Below are positions 20,274 through 29,297 of a stretch of DNA of 64,000 nucleotides, in pieces; the first letter of the stretch is position 1; every line of letters starts with the position of its first letter. The translations under genes and the position numbers were made by a program. The notes under the pieces were generated by a model. The model made no database searches. It had not been told where the DNA came from and worked only from the letters and a program-made list of their open reading frames with translations. Source of the stretch: Dehalococcoidia bacterium (GTDB taxonomy: Bacteria; Chloroflexota; Dehalococcoidia; Bin125); NCBI GenBank assembly GCA_034428415.1, contig DAOUHS010000149.1, positions 8,990 to 72,989 of the forward strand, in the 5' to 3' direction.

Positions 20274-21599
20274 ATGTCCACGCAGAAATCGCCTGTACTG
20301 CGCTCGACAGAGCCGCCGGTTGACATGCTTCCGGTTGAGGATGCGGTCGAACGCATCCTCTCGTTTTGTCGGAAGCTTCCGTCGGAAACACGAGCCATTG
20401 ATGAGGCCGTCGGGCAGGTACTGGCGACCGACATCACCGCGCCCTTCGACATTCCGCCGCACGACAACACGGCAATGGATGGCTACGCCGTGCAATCGGT
20501 GAGTACCGATGGCGCCACAGAGTCCACACCGGTCCGTCTGCGCGTGATTGGTGAGCTCGCGGCGGGCTACCTCTACGAGGACACAGTCGGCCCTGGCGAA
20601 GCAGTGCGAATCATGACCGGCGCGCCGATGCCGGACGGTGCCGACACAATAGTCCCGTTTGAAGAAACGGACGAGTTGGGCCTTCGGGCACCGGGCCAGG
20701 AGCACGAAAAGATCGAAGATGTCGGCATCCAAAAGGCAGCTGAGCCAGGCAACAACATCCGACGCCGTGGAGAGGACGTTGGCCACGGTCAACAGGTATT
20801 GAATGCTGGAACCGTGCTGCGCGGGCCAGAGGTTGCGGTCCTCGCTTCACTCGGCGTTGCCGATGTCGAGGTCATCCGCAGACCTCGGGTGGCGATCCTC
20901 TCGACCGGCGACGAACTGCTGAATCCCGGAGAAGCGCCAGCGCCCGGCAAAATCTTTGACTCCAATTCCTATGGTCTGAGCGCTTTGGTAACTCAGTACG
21001 GTGGCATCCCCCAACGCTTTGGCATCGCACAAGACACCATTCCCGCGCTGACCGCAAAGATCAATGAGGCGCTAGAGTCCTGCGACCTCGTGATCACCTC
21101 GGCCGGTGTCTCGCGCGGCGACTTCGATGTGGTCAAGGAAGTACTCGCCCGCGAGGGAGCGATTAACTTCTGGACCGTGCGAATGAAGCCAGGCAAACCG
21201 CTCGCCTTTGGCGAGTTCGAGGCTCCGAATGGTCGCCGCGTGCCGCACATTGGCCTTCCGGGAAATCCGGTGTCGTCATTGCTCGCCTTCGAACTCTTCG
21301 GACGCCTGGCGATCTACCAGATGATGGGTCGCCGGCCGCAGCCTCGACCGATCGTCCAGGCAATCGCCGACGAAGACATAGTTAACACCGATTGGCGCCG
21401 AGTTTACGCCCGCGCCATCCTCGACCAGGACGAAACCGGCCGCTGGCACGCACGACTGACCGGTCCGCAGGGCAGCGGCGTGCTGACCTCAATGGCGCTC
21501 GCCAATGGGTACGCTGTTTGTCCAGAGGATCAGGAACGCATCCACGCCGGCGAGGAGTGCGATGTGATCATGGTCGACTGGGATCAACCGCTCGACTAG
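20274..21599 (+). CDS. moeA: Molybdopterin molybdenumtransferase
   Basis: MoeA N-terminal, MoCF-biosynthesis and C-terminal domains (NTAMDGYAV, GGVSRGDFD-like SAGVSRGDFD). Start placed at the ATG at 20274, after the upstream ORF. Confidence 0.85.
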   Translation: MSTQKSPVLRSTEPPVDMLPVEDAVERILSFCRKLPSETRAIDEAVGQVLATDITAPFDIPPHDNTAMDGYAVQSVSTDGATESTPVRLRVIGELAAGYLYEDTVGPGEAVRIMTGAPMPDGADTIVPFEETDELGLRAPGQEHEKIEDVGIQKAAEPGNNIRRRGEDVGHGQQVLNAGTVLRGPEVAVLASLGVADVEVIRRPRVAILSTGDELLNPGEAPAPGKIFDSNSYGLSALVTQYGGIPQRFGIAQDTIPALTAKINEALESCDLVITSAGVSRGDFDVVKEVLAREGAINFWTVRMKPGKPLAFGEFEAPNGRRVPHIGLPGNPVSSLLAFELFGRLAIYQMMGRRPQPRPIVQAIADEDIVNTDWRRVYARAILDQDETGRWHARLTGPQGSGVLTSMALANGYAVCPEDQERIHAGEECDVIMVDWDQPLD

Positions 21600-21633
21600 A
21601 ACACTCGCCGATCAAGATTGGATCGAGGGAAAC

Positions 21634-22959
21634 ATGTCACTGGGAACCGCCATCCGCTCGGTCGTTGCGCCGGTCTACATCAAAGCCAAGCTGGCGCAGG
21701 AGAGGCTTCAGTCCGGGGTTGTCTGGTACCCGCTGGATCCAAATTTCATCGCGAATCCATACCCGACCTACAAGGAACTCAGGGAGCGCGACCCTTACCA
21801 TCACAGCCCTTTGACCGGCGCCCTCGTGGTGTCCAGATACGACGACGTTGACGATGTGCTGCGCAACTACAAGGTCTTCTCCAACAACCGCGGACCGGTC
21901 GGCACCCGCAACCGGCGCAACATCGGCGAGCAGATTGAGAACGAGTTGCAGCCATCCATGCTCTCCCTCGATCCGCCCGACCACACCCGACTGCGCGGTC
22001 TCGTCAGCCGAGCCTTCACCCCGCGTCAGATCGCCAAGATGGAAGACCACATCCGCGAGACGGCCCACGCACTGCTCGACGAGGTCGAGGCCGAGAACGA
22101 GTTCGACCTGATGGCCAACCTCGCCGCATTGCTGCCGACCGTCGTCATCGCCGAGATGATCGGCGTCCCGACCGGCGATCGCCAGCAGTTCAAAGTCTGG
22201 TCCGACCGCTTCGCCCGCGTCCTGGAACCCAACCTCTCCCAGGACGAACTCGGCGTCGTCTTCGACACCGCCAAACTCTTCGACGAGTACTTCAAGGGCA
22301 TCGTCGCCGAACATCGCGAGGAACCCCGCGACGATCTCGTCTCCCGACTGATCGAGGCCGAGGAAGAGGGCGACAAGCTGACCGAAGACGAGATGATCGT
22401 CACCCTCCGGCTCCTCCTGGTCGCCGGCAACGAGACCACCACCAATCTGATCGGCAACGGTCTCAAAGCGCTGCTCGAACATCCCGACCAACTCCAACTG
22501 CTTCGCGAGCGTCCCGAACTGATTGACAATGCGATCGAAGAATTGCTCCGCTACGACTCTCCCGTCCAGGTCGACGGACGCACGACGCTGGACGAGTTCA
22601 CGATGGACCGACACACGCTCAAGCCTGGCCGACCGGTTTCACTGCTGATCGGCGGGGCGAATCGCGACCCGGAGGAGTTCAGCGATCCGGAGACCCTGGA
22701 CATCACCCGGGAGGACGCAGGCAACATTTCCTTCGGCCGCGGCATTCATCACTGCCTCGGCGCCCCGCTAGCGCGCCTGGAGGGCAAGATCGCCTTCGAG
22801 GCGTTGCTGGAGCGGTTCGACGACATTCGCTTCGGCGCTCGCACGCCCGAATACAAGCAGAACATCGTTCTGCGCGGACTCAGGCACCTCGACATCCGCG
22901 TCGAGCGAGCGAGCGGCAGGTCGTTTGTGGCGCCAAGTGCCGAGGCCGCCGCCGACTAA
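21634..22959 (+). CDS. Cytochrome P450
   Basis: Heme-binding loop FGRGIHHCLGAPLA, an ETLR (EExR) K-helix motif, and an AGNETT I-helix. Confidence 0.9.
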   Translation: MSLGTAIRSVVAPVYIKAKLAQERLQSGVVWYPLDPNFIANPYPTYKELRERDPYHHSPLTGALVVSRYDDVDDVLRNYKVFSNNRGPVGTRNRRNIGEQIENELQPSMLSLDPPDHTRLRGLVSRAFTPRQIAKMEDHIRETAHALLDEVEAENEFDLMANLAALLPTVVIAEMIGVPTGDRQQFKVWSDRFARVLEPNLSQDELGVVFDTAKLFDEYFKGIVAEHREEPRDDLVSRLIEAEEEGDKLTEDEMIVTLRLLLVAGNETTTNLIGNGLKALLEHPDQLQLLRERPELIDNAIEELLRYDSPVQVDGRTTLDEFTMDRHTLKPGRPVSLLIGGANRDPEEFSDPETLDITREDAGNISFGRGIHHCLGAPLARLEGKIAFEALLERFDDIRFGARTPEYKQNIVLRGLRHLDIRVERASGRSFVAPSAEAAAD

Positions 22960-22969
22960 CCGGAGCCTG

Positions 22970-23248
22970 CTAGAAGATCGTCGCAAACCGGCGGAATTCG
23001 CCGTTGGCAATCCCCCACTCGACCTTGGCGCCTCTCACGACCGCGTGAGCCGGACCGACTTTAAGCTCGTCCAGAAACTTTTCCAACGAGTCCCGGCGTC
23101 CCTCGGCCACCACTTCCACTGTCGACCCATCGGGCAGATTGCAAACGGTGCCACTGATTCCGCCTATTCGATCAGCCGTGACCTCGGCGAACATTCGGTA
23201 GCCGACCATTTGGACCCTCCCGTGCACGCGGACGGTCATCCGGACCAT
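22970..23248 (-). CDS. acyP: Acylphosphatase
   Basis: VHGRVQMVGYR signature; 92 aa. Confidence 0.85.
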   Translation of the reverse strand: MVRMTVRVHGRVQMVGYRMFAEVTADRIGGISGTVCNLPDGSTVEVVAEGRRDSLEKFLDELKVGPAHAVVRGAKVEWGIANGEFRRFATIF

Positions 23249-24999
23249 CAGGAGATGGCCACGACTGCGTCAATGGCGTCTGACACGACCTCGGGCGGCA
23301 CGTCGTCGCGCACGATCGGCGAGCCAACGCTCTCCAGCAGCACCCAGCGTTGCTTGCCGCCAACGACCTTCTTGTCCCGCGACATCGCCTCGACGATTGC
23401 GGCTCGTCCCAGCCCCGGCGGACTCTGGGTCGGCAGGCCGAAGCGTTCGATCAGCCGTCGATGGCGGCTGACCAATGCTTCGTCGATCAATCCGAGCGAG
23501 CAACCCATCTCGGCGACGGCGATCATGCCCATCGCAACTGCTTCACCGTGCAGAACCGTGCTGTAGCCAGTGACGGCTTCGATCGCGTGCCCGAGCGTGT
23601 GTCCATAGTTGAGGATCGCTCGGATATCTGACTCTCGCTCATCGGCTGAGACCACCGCGGCCTTGATCGCCTGGTTGCGCGTAACGATGTCGACCAGCAA
23701 CTTGCGACGGGACTCGTCGATCAACGCGGAGGATGGGTCGAGCAGCGCGTCGGCCGAGACGTCCAAAAGGTCCAGCATGGGCTCGTCGCGGATGAAACCG
23801 TGTTTGATCACTTCCGCGAATCCCGAACGGAGTTCTCGCGGCGGGAGGGTGGCGAGTGTTGCTGGGTCGGCCAGCACTGCTCGCGGCTGGTAAAACGCAC
23901 CAACCAGGTTCTTGCCTAATGGCAGGTCGATGGCCACCTTGCCACCGATCGCCGCGTCGACCATTCCCAGCATGGTCGTCGGTGCGTGAACGAGTGGCAT
24001 GCCTCGCAGGTAGGTCGCCGCTGCCGTCCCGGCGAGGTCAGTGGTGACGCCGCCCCCGAGCGCGAAGACAACATCCCTACGTTCCGCGCGATGGGTTGAG
24101 AGCCACTTATAGAGGGACTCCAGCGAAGAGAGCGACTTGCTCGCCTCACCCGAGGGCACGGCATAAGAAAACACCAACCGCCCGGTCCGCTCTAGTGAAC
24201 GCCGCGCGGTGACGCCGTGCGATTCGATGACTGCTTGATCGGCAATCAGAAAAACTCGTCCGCCGAGACCGAGACGTTCAAACACGTCTCCGGACCGATC
24301 CAGCAAACCCCAGGCGCAGTAGACCGGATACCTGGCCGAACCCGCCTCGACGATGCAGCCGACATCCGCTCCGAAGTCGCCGATCGACGGAGGATCGACG
24401 CCGGGACCATTGCGCAACTCCCGAAGCCGCGAATCCGAGCGGATCACCGTCGCAGCACGTTGCGTCACTGCCTGGACGATCTGGTCAACTGCTTCGCTGA
24501 TCTCGATCTCGTCTGTGTGGACTGTCAGGTCAGACAACGCATAGAAGGGCTGCCGAGCGGCTTTGAGCGTCTCAACACGACGGCGAGGGTCCGTACCGGT
24601 GAGCATTGGACGCACCTCAGTCGTACCCTGCTCCGCCGCCGCGTAGCGGGCGAGAATGGTCGCCGACCGCGCTTCCAACGTCACCACGTATCCGCCGTCA
24701 GCCAGTACGGAACGGTTGTCGGCGTTCAGCCACACTCCGCCACCGGTGGCAATGACTACCCCCTCAAGGGACGCGGCGTCTCGAACAGCCCGATGCTCGC
24801 GCGCGCGGAATCCGTTCTCGCCCTCCGACTCGAAGATGCGCGGAATCGATTGACCGGCGGTCCGCTCAATCTCGACGTCGAGGTCTACGGCCTGCCAGCC
24901 GAGCCGATGCGCAATGAACGGCGCGAGGATCGACTTGCCAGTCGCGCTGAAACCAATCAGGACGACGCGCGTGAGCCCGAGGGGCAGACTCATGGCCAC
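23248..24999 (-). CDS. aroKB: Bifunctional shikimate kinase / 3-dehydroquinate synthase (AroK-AroB fusion)
   Basis: N-terminal P-loop GFSATGKS (shikimate kinase, ~170 aa) fused to a DHQ synthase domain (GGGVTTDLAG..., metal-binding His residues). Confidence 0.9.
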   Translation of the reverse strand: MAMSLPLGLTRVVLIGFSATGKSILAPFIAHRLGWQAVDLDVEIERTAGQSIPRIFESEGENGFRAREHRAVRDAASLEGVVIATGGGVWLNADNRSVLADGGYVVTLEARSATILARYAAAEQGTTEVRPMLTGTDPRRRVETLKAARQPFYALSDLTVHTDEIEISEAVDQIVQAVTQRAATVIRSDSRLRELRNGPGVDPPSIGDFGADVGCIVEAGSARYPVYCAWGLLDRSGDVFERLGLGGRVFLIADQAVIESHGVTARRSLERTGRLVFSYAVPSGEASKSLSSLESLYKWLSTHRAERRDVVFALGGGVTTDLAGTAAATYLRGMPLVHAPTTMLGMVDAAIGGKVAIDLPLGKNLVGAFYQPRAVLADPATLATLPPRELRSGFAEVIKHGFIRDEPMLDLLDVSADALLDPSSALIDESRRKLLVDIVTRNQAIKAAVVSADERESDIRAILNYGHTLGHAIEAVTGYSTVLHGEAVAMGMIAVAEMGCSLGLIDEALVSRHRRLIERFGLPTQSPPGLGRAAIVEAMSRDKKVVGGKQRWVLLESVGSPIVRDDVPPEVVSDAIDAVVAIS

Positions 25000-26189
25000 T
25001 CTCCACGCGGCACGGCCGTCGCCAGGAACGACTCCATGTTGCCTCTGGTTTCTGCCAGCGAATCGCCGCCAAACTTCTCCAGCACTGCGTCGGCCAGGAC
25101 CAGTGCCAGCATGGCCTCGACGATCACGCCAGCGGCCGGGACGACGCAGACGTCCGAGCGCTCGTAGTGCGCTTCGACCCGTTCGCCGGTCGTAAGGTCA
25201 GCCGATGGCAATGGATGCGCCAGCGTCGCGATGGGTTTGACCGCCACTCGAACAACCAAGTCCTCGCCGTTCGAGATGCCGCCCTCGATGCCGCCGGCGT
25301 GATTGGATCGCCGGCGCCAGGGATGGTCGCCCCATGCGTCCTGGGGCAACACCACATCGTGAAAACCGCGTCCTGTCAGAGCTGCGCCGCCGAAGCCGTC
25401 ACCGATTTCAACTCCCTTGAACGCGTTCATCGAGAGAATCGCCTGCCCGATCCTGCCGCTCAGCTTCCGATCCCACTGAACATGCGAGCCGAGCCCGAAT
25501 GGCACTCCGACGACTCTCGCCTCCAGCGTGCCGCCAAGCGTGTCGCCTTCCTGTTTGGCTGCGTTGATCTCGTCGATCATCGACTGGGCCACTCCCGGGT
25601 CCGAACAACGAACCGGGGAATCTTCAACTGCGTCCCAATCCGCCTTGATCGACGGATCGATCGCCGCCGAGCCAATCTGAACGACATGGCTGTAAAACGA
25701 GCAACCCAGCTCTTCGCAAAGACGCCGAGCAATTGCGCCCGCTCCGACACGCGCGGCGCTCTCGCGGGCCGAGGCTCGCTCAAGCGAGTCGCGAACGTCT
25801 TCGTATCCGTACTTGAGCGAAGCGGTCAGGTCGGCGTGGCCGGGTCGTACGCGGGTAACTTGAGTCGGCGGCGGCACCACGGACGCCAGCGACATCGTCT
25901 CACGCCAGGGCCGCTTATCTGGGCCCAGGCCCTTGTCGAAATCGCGGTTCTCGATCCAGAGCGCAATCGGGCTGCCCATGGTTCGACCCTGACGCACGCC
26001 GCCGCGAATGTACGCGTAGTCGGTCTCGATCTTCATACGACCGCCGCGGCCGTATCCCTTCTGTCTACGCGCGAGTTGCAGGCGAATCTGTTCCTCCGAC
26101 AACGGAAGACCGGATGGCAGACCGTCAACGATTACGGTCAGGCCCGGGCCGTGCGACTCGCCCGCGGTGAACCAGCGCAGACTGCCCAT
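24990..26189 (-). CDS. aroC: Chorismate synthase
   Basis: MGSLRWFTAGESHGPGL N-terminal signature. Confidence 0.95.
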   Translation of the reverse strand: MGSLRWFTAGESHGPGLTVIVDGLPSGLPLSEEQIRLQLARRQKGYGRGGRMKIETDYAYIRGGVRQGRTMGSPIALWIENRDFDKGLGPDKRPWRETMSLASVVPPPTQVTRVRPGHADLTASLKYGYEDVRDSLERASARESAARVGAGAIARRLCEELGCSFYSHVVQIGSAAIDPSIKADWDAVEDSPVRCSDPGVAQSMIDEINAAKQEGDTLGGTLEARVVGVPFGLGSHVQWDRKLSGRIGQAILSMNAFKGVEIGDGFGGAALTGRGFHDVVLPQDAWGDHPWRRRSNHAGGIEGGISNGEDLVVRVAVKPIATLAHPLPSADLTTGERVEAHYERSDVCVVPAAGVIVEAMLALVLADAVLEKFGGDSLAETRGNMESFLATAVPRGEWP

Positions 26190-26857
26190 CAGTCGGTCCT
26201 CTGTTCCTCCGAATTTGCATTTGACGTTTCCGCCACCATATCGGCGAAGCGGTCGGGCGGCAGCTCGATGGGACGCGGTTCGCCCGTTGGTGCTCGATTG
26301 GCGATGGTCTCGAATTCACGGGCCAGCACGCCCGGTGGAAGATTCCAATCGAGGCTCATTGCGGCGGCGCGATCGGCCTCGAGGCAGAGAATCGGCAGCG
26401 CGCTGGCTTGTCCCTCCGCGTCGCGGAAGGTCGTGTAAATGTCGACCCGGACGTGGTTGGGTCGGAAATTGGGGATGTCGTAGAAAATCATCTCGACCAG
26501 CCTGAGCGCGGTCGAGTAGGCCGTATCAAGCGACGAGGCAATCTGCTTACGCTCCCCGTCGACGGTGCCGAACTCCGCGTCAGCCGAAGTGCTCACTCGC
26601 ACATGCCTGGCTGAGGCCCCGATCAGGTTGAGTCCCTGCACACCAGCCCAGACATTCGCGCTCACGTCCTTGGGCGGACGTTGTGTGCGCCAGTGCTCAA
26701 TCTCCTGGTCGAGAATACCCTGAATCGCTTCCATATCGTTCTGGGCGACGAGCTGGCGCCAGAATCGATGCGTCCGAGCCTCCTTGAACAGCAACAGTCC
26801 GACAGCGGCGAAAAACGCGGCGATCAGCGTGAAGCCAATTGTGACTCCCTCGCTCAT
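26189..26857 (-). CDS. Membrane-anchored hypothetical protein (~223 aa) embedded in the aro operon
   Basis: Start reassigned to the ATG at 26857-26855 (MSEGVTIGF...), which overlaps the aroE stop in an ATGA. The longer track ORF overlaps aroE. One N-terminal TM helix. Confidence 0.55.
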   Translation of the reverse strand: MSEGVTIGFTLIAAFFAAVGLLLFKEARTHRFWRQLVAQNDMEAIQGILDQEIEHWRTQRPPKDVSANVWAGVQGLNLIGASARHVRVSTSADAEFGTVDGERKQIASSLDTAYSTALRLVEMIFYDIPNFRPNHVRVDIYTTFRDAEGQASALPILCLEADRAAAMSLDWNLPPGVLAREFETIANRAPTGEPRPIELPPDRFADMVAETSNANSEEQRTD

Positions 26858-27714
26858 GATCCAGACCCTGCCATCGCCGCCTTCGCCTCTGCAAGCATGA
26901 CCTCGATAGGCGCCTCTCGCTCCGTCCAAAGCTCGAACGCCGCCGCCCCCTGGTAGACCAGCATGGGTAGACCCCCCAACGTGCGTCGACCCGAAGCTAG
27001 TGCAGCCTTTAGCAGAGGTGTCTCGACCGGATTGGCGATCAGGTCTGCCACAAATGCATCTCTGGACATCTTGCCAAGATCGACGGGAATCTGCCCATCG
27101 GTTTCGCTTCCCCTGAGTCCGACCGACGTGCACTGCACCACGAGCTCGGCGTTTGCCAATGCCTCCGCCACGCCCTCCTCGTCAGCACCCATCGAGCGCA
27201 GCGCGACCCCCGCAGACGCGGATGCCAAGTCGTGCCGCAGCCGGCCGGAGCGGACGGCAGTCCGATTGACGATGGTCAGGCTCTGGACCCCGCGCCAGAT
27301 CAGCGCCCAGGCGACCGCCCGCGCGGCGCCTCCGGCTCCCCAAAGGACGGCCCGAGCTCCCGATGGATCGAATCCGGCCTCGGCCAGTGATCGCTGGAAG
27401 CCGGTTACGTCGGTGTTGTAGCCCTGCAGGTGGCCGTCGTTGTTCACAACCGTGTTAATCGCACCGACGAAGCGAGCAGTCTCATGCAGACCGTCCATGT
27501 GGCGGAGGGCGGCCTCCTTGTACGGGATCGTGACATTTGCGCCAAGCGCATCGTCGCGCCGCAGATCGTCGATGAATCCTTCCAGTTCCGCAGGTTGAAC
27601 ATCCCACGCCTCGTAACGGACATCGAGACCTGCTGCGTCGAATCCGGCTTGCTGAAAGCGCGGCGAGATGCTGTGCGCCACGGGATGACCGATGACTCCA
27701 ACGCGCAAGGTCAT
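26854..27714 (-). CDS. aroE: Shikimate dehydrogenase
   Basis: MTLRVGVIGHPVAHSISP N-terminal motif and an NADP-binding Rossmann fold. Confidence 0.9.
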   Translation of the reverse strand: MTLRVGVIGHPVAHSISPRFQQAGFDAAGLDVRYEAWDVQPAELEGFIDDLRRDDALGANVTIPYKEAALRHMDGLHETARFVGAINTVVNNDGHLQGYNTDVTGFQRSLAEAGFDPSGARAVLWGAGGAARAVAWALIWRGVQSLTIVNRTAVRSGRLRHDLASASAGVALRSMGADEEGVAEALANAELVVQCTSVGLRGSETDGQIPVDLGKMSRDAFVADLIANPVETPLLKAALASGRRTLGGLPMLVYQGAAAFELWTEREAPIEVMLAEAKAAMAGSGS

Positions 27715-28784
27715 CAGGGGTCTCCGTGATAGCGCTCGACATTGGCCTGGTGTTCTTCGAACGTGACCGCAAAGACGTGCGTGCCGTCGCCCTTGGCGAC
27801 GAAGAACATGTACGGCACATTCGCAGGATTCGCGGCCGCCTCGATCGATGCCAGTCCGGGCGAAGCGATCGGTGTCGGTGGCAACCCAGGTGACCGGTAC
27901 GTGTTGTACGGCGAGTCAACGCGGAGATCGGCCGCTGTTAGATCGCGCTTCCACCAGTCGCCTTCCCGGCCGACGGCATATTGAACCGTGGAGTCCATCT
28001 GCAACAGCATTCCCGCATCGAGTCGATTCCGGATCACCGCCGACACCAAGGTTCGCTCTGAGTCTTCGAGCACTTCACGCTCGATGATCGAGGCGATGAT
28101 CAGAATCTCATGCAATGAGCGGCCGGAGCTGTTGATCTGTTCCCAGAGTTGCGGCGTCAGCGAGTCGTTGAATCGCGACAGCATCTGTCCAATCACGTCT
28201 TCAGCAGAACCGTCAAGGGGAAAGGTGTACGCGCTTGGGAAGAGATAGCCCTCCAGAGACGCGCCTGCAGGTCGATTGACGGCCAGGGAACCGACAAGGG
28301 TCTTCGCAGAAACAGACTCCAACGCCGCTCGGAAGGCGTTTGGGCCAACAACATTGGACTGTGCGAGACGTTCCGTCACCTGCTCGAGCCTCAAGCCTTC
28401 GGGAATCACCACGCGCAGCGGTGAAGTCTCCCCAAAGTGTATGCGCCTGAGGATTTCAAACGTCGTCAGGCCGGGCTCGAATGTGTAATCGCCGGGTTCG
28501 AGCCGAGATTCCCAGCCCAGCAACGAGGCCAGCAACTCAAATCGATTGCGAGACCCGATGGCATTGCCTGCCTCAAGTCGACGGGCGATCAAAGCCGCAG
28601 AGTCGCCGAGCGCGATTGAAACAGACGATGGCCCGTACGTCAGATCAGCGACCTGTTCCTGCAGGTCGCCTAGCGTCCGTTCAGAGGGCGTCCTCGAAAT
28701 CGCGACGGTTGCGGTAGCGGCGGCCACGAAGGCGACCACCAATACTCCGATTGTCATGCTCAACCGCCACTGCGAAGCGGTCAT
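27714..28784 (-). CDS. mltG: Endolytic murein transglycosylase MltG (YceG family)
   Basis: N-terminal TM helix plus a YceG-like domain (LLASLLGWE...ASIIEREV). Confidence 0.85.
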   Translation of the reverse strand: MTASQWRLSMTIGVLVVAFVAAATATVAISRTPSERTLGDLQEQVADLTYGPSSVSIALGDSAALIARRLEAGNAIGSRNRFELLASLLGWESRLEPGDYTFEPGLTTFEILRRIHFGETSPLRVVIPEGLRLEQVTERLAQSNVVGPNAFRAALESVSAKTLVGSLAVNRPAGASLEGYLFPSAYTFPLDGSAEDVIGQMLSRFNDSLTPQLWEQINSSGRSLHEILIIASIIEREVLEDSERTLVSAVIRNRLDAGMLLQMDSTVQYAVGREGDWWKRDLTAADLRVDSPYNTYRSPGLPPTPIASPGLASIEAAANPANVPYMFFVAKGDGTHVFAVTFEEHQANVERYHGDP

Positions 28785-29287
28785 CAGGTCTCAGCATCCA
28801 GACGCATCCGAGCGCGTCTCCCCTCTTCGCTGTCTAGCCAGCGTTGGAGGATGCGCGCCGCAGCGGTAGCGTGAGACCGCTCCCGATCGCGCCGCTGACG
28901 CTGGACGCTCCTGCGGCCCGGCGAGCGTGCTTTTCGGCCCCGGTCGACATTTCCTACGAGGCCGGCGACTGAGTCGAAGTCGCTGGACGAGCGTTCGTCT
29001 TGCGGCAAGCACGTTGCACCGAGCGCGGAGGCAAGCACCTCACCGAATTCTCTAAAGGCGGTCGCCTGAGCGTCCTCGAGCCCATCTCCACGCAACGGTA
29101 CGCCGATCACGAGAACCGAGACTTCTTCGCCGCACAACAGATTCCGAAGTGCTTGAACGATTGCGTTGTGCCCGGCGCCGCGATCCAACGTTCCGACGGG
29201 TAGAGCGAGGCTCGATCCCATTCCTGCCCGAGCCACGCCAATCCAGCGCTCACCAGGGTCTATCCCCACCGCGCAACCGCGCGACAT
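28784..29287 (-). CDS. ruvX: Putative pre-16S rRNA nuclease / Holliday junction resolvase-like protein YqgF
   Basis: AVGIDPGERWIGVA RNase H-like motif. Start set to the internal Met (MSRGCAVGID) 10 nt downstream of the alaS stop. Confidence 0.75.
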   Translation of the reverse strand: MSRGCAVGIDPGERWIGVARAGMGSSLALPVGTLDRGAGHNAIVQALRNLLCGEEVSVLVIGVPLRGDGLEDAQATAFREFGEVLASALGATCLPQDERSSSDFDSVAGLVGNVDRGRKARSPGRRSVQRQRRDRERSHATAAARILQRWLDSEEGRRARMRLDAET

Positions 29288-29297
29288 TGCAACTGTC

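Noticed and set aside
21637-22614. 325-aa minus-strand ORF
   Set aside because: Antisense to the cytochrome P450 gene, which has the unmistakable heme-binding motif; a GC-rich artefact.
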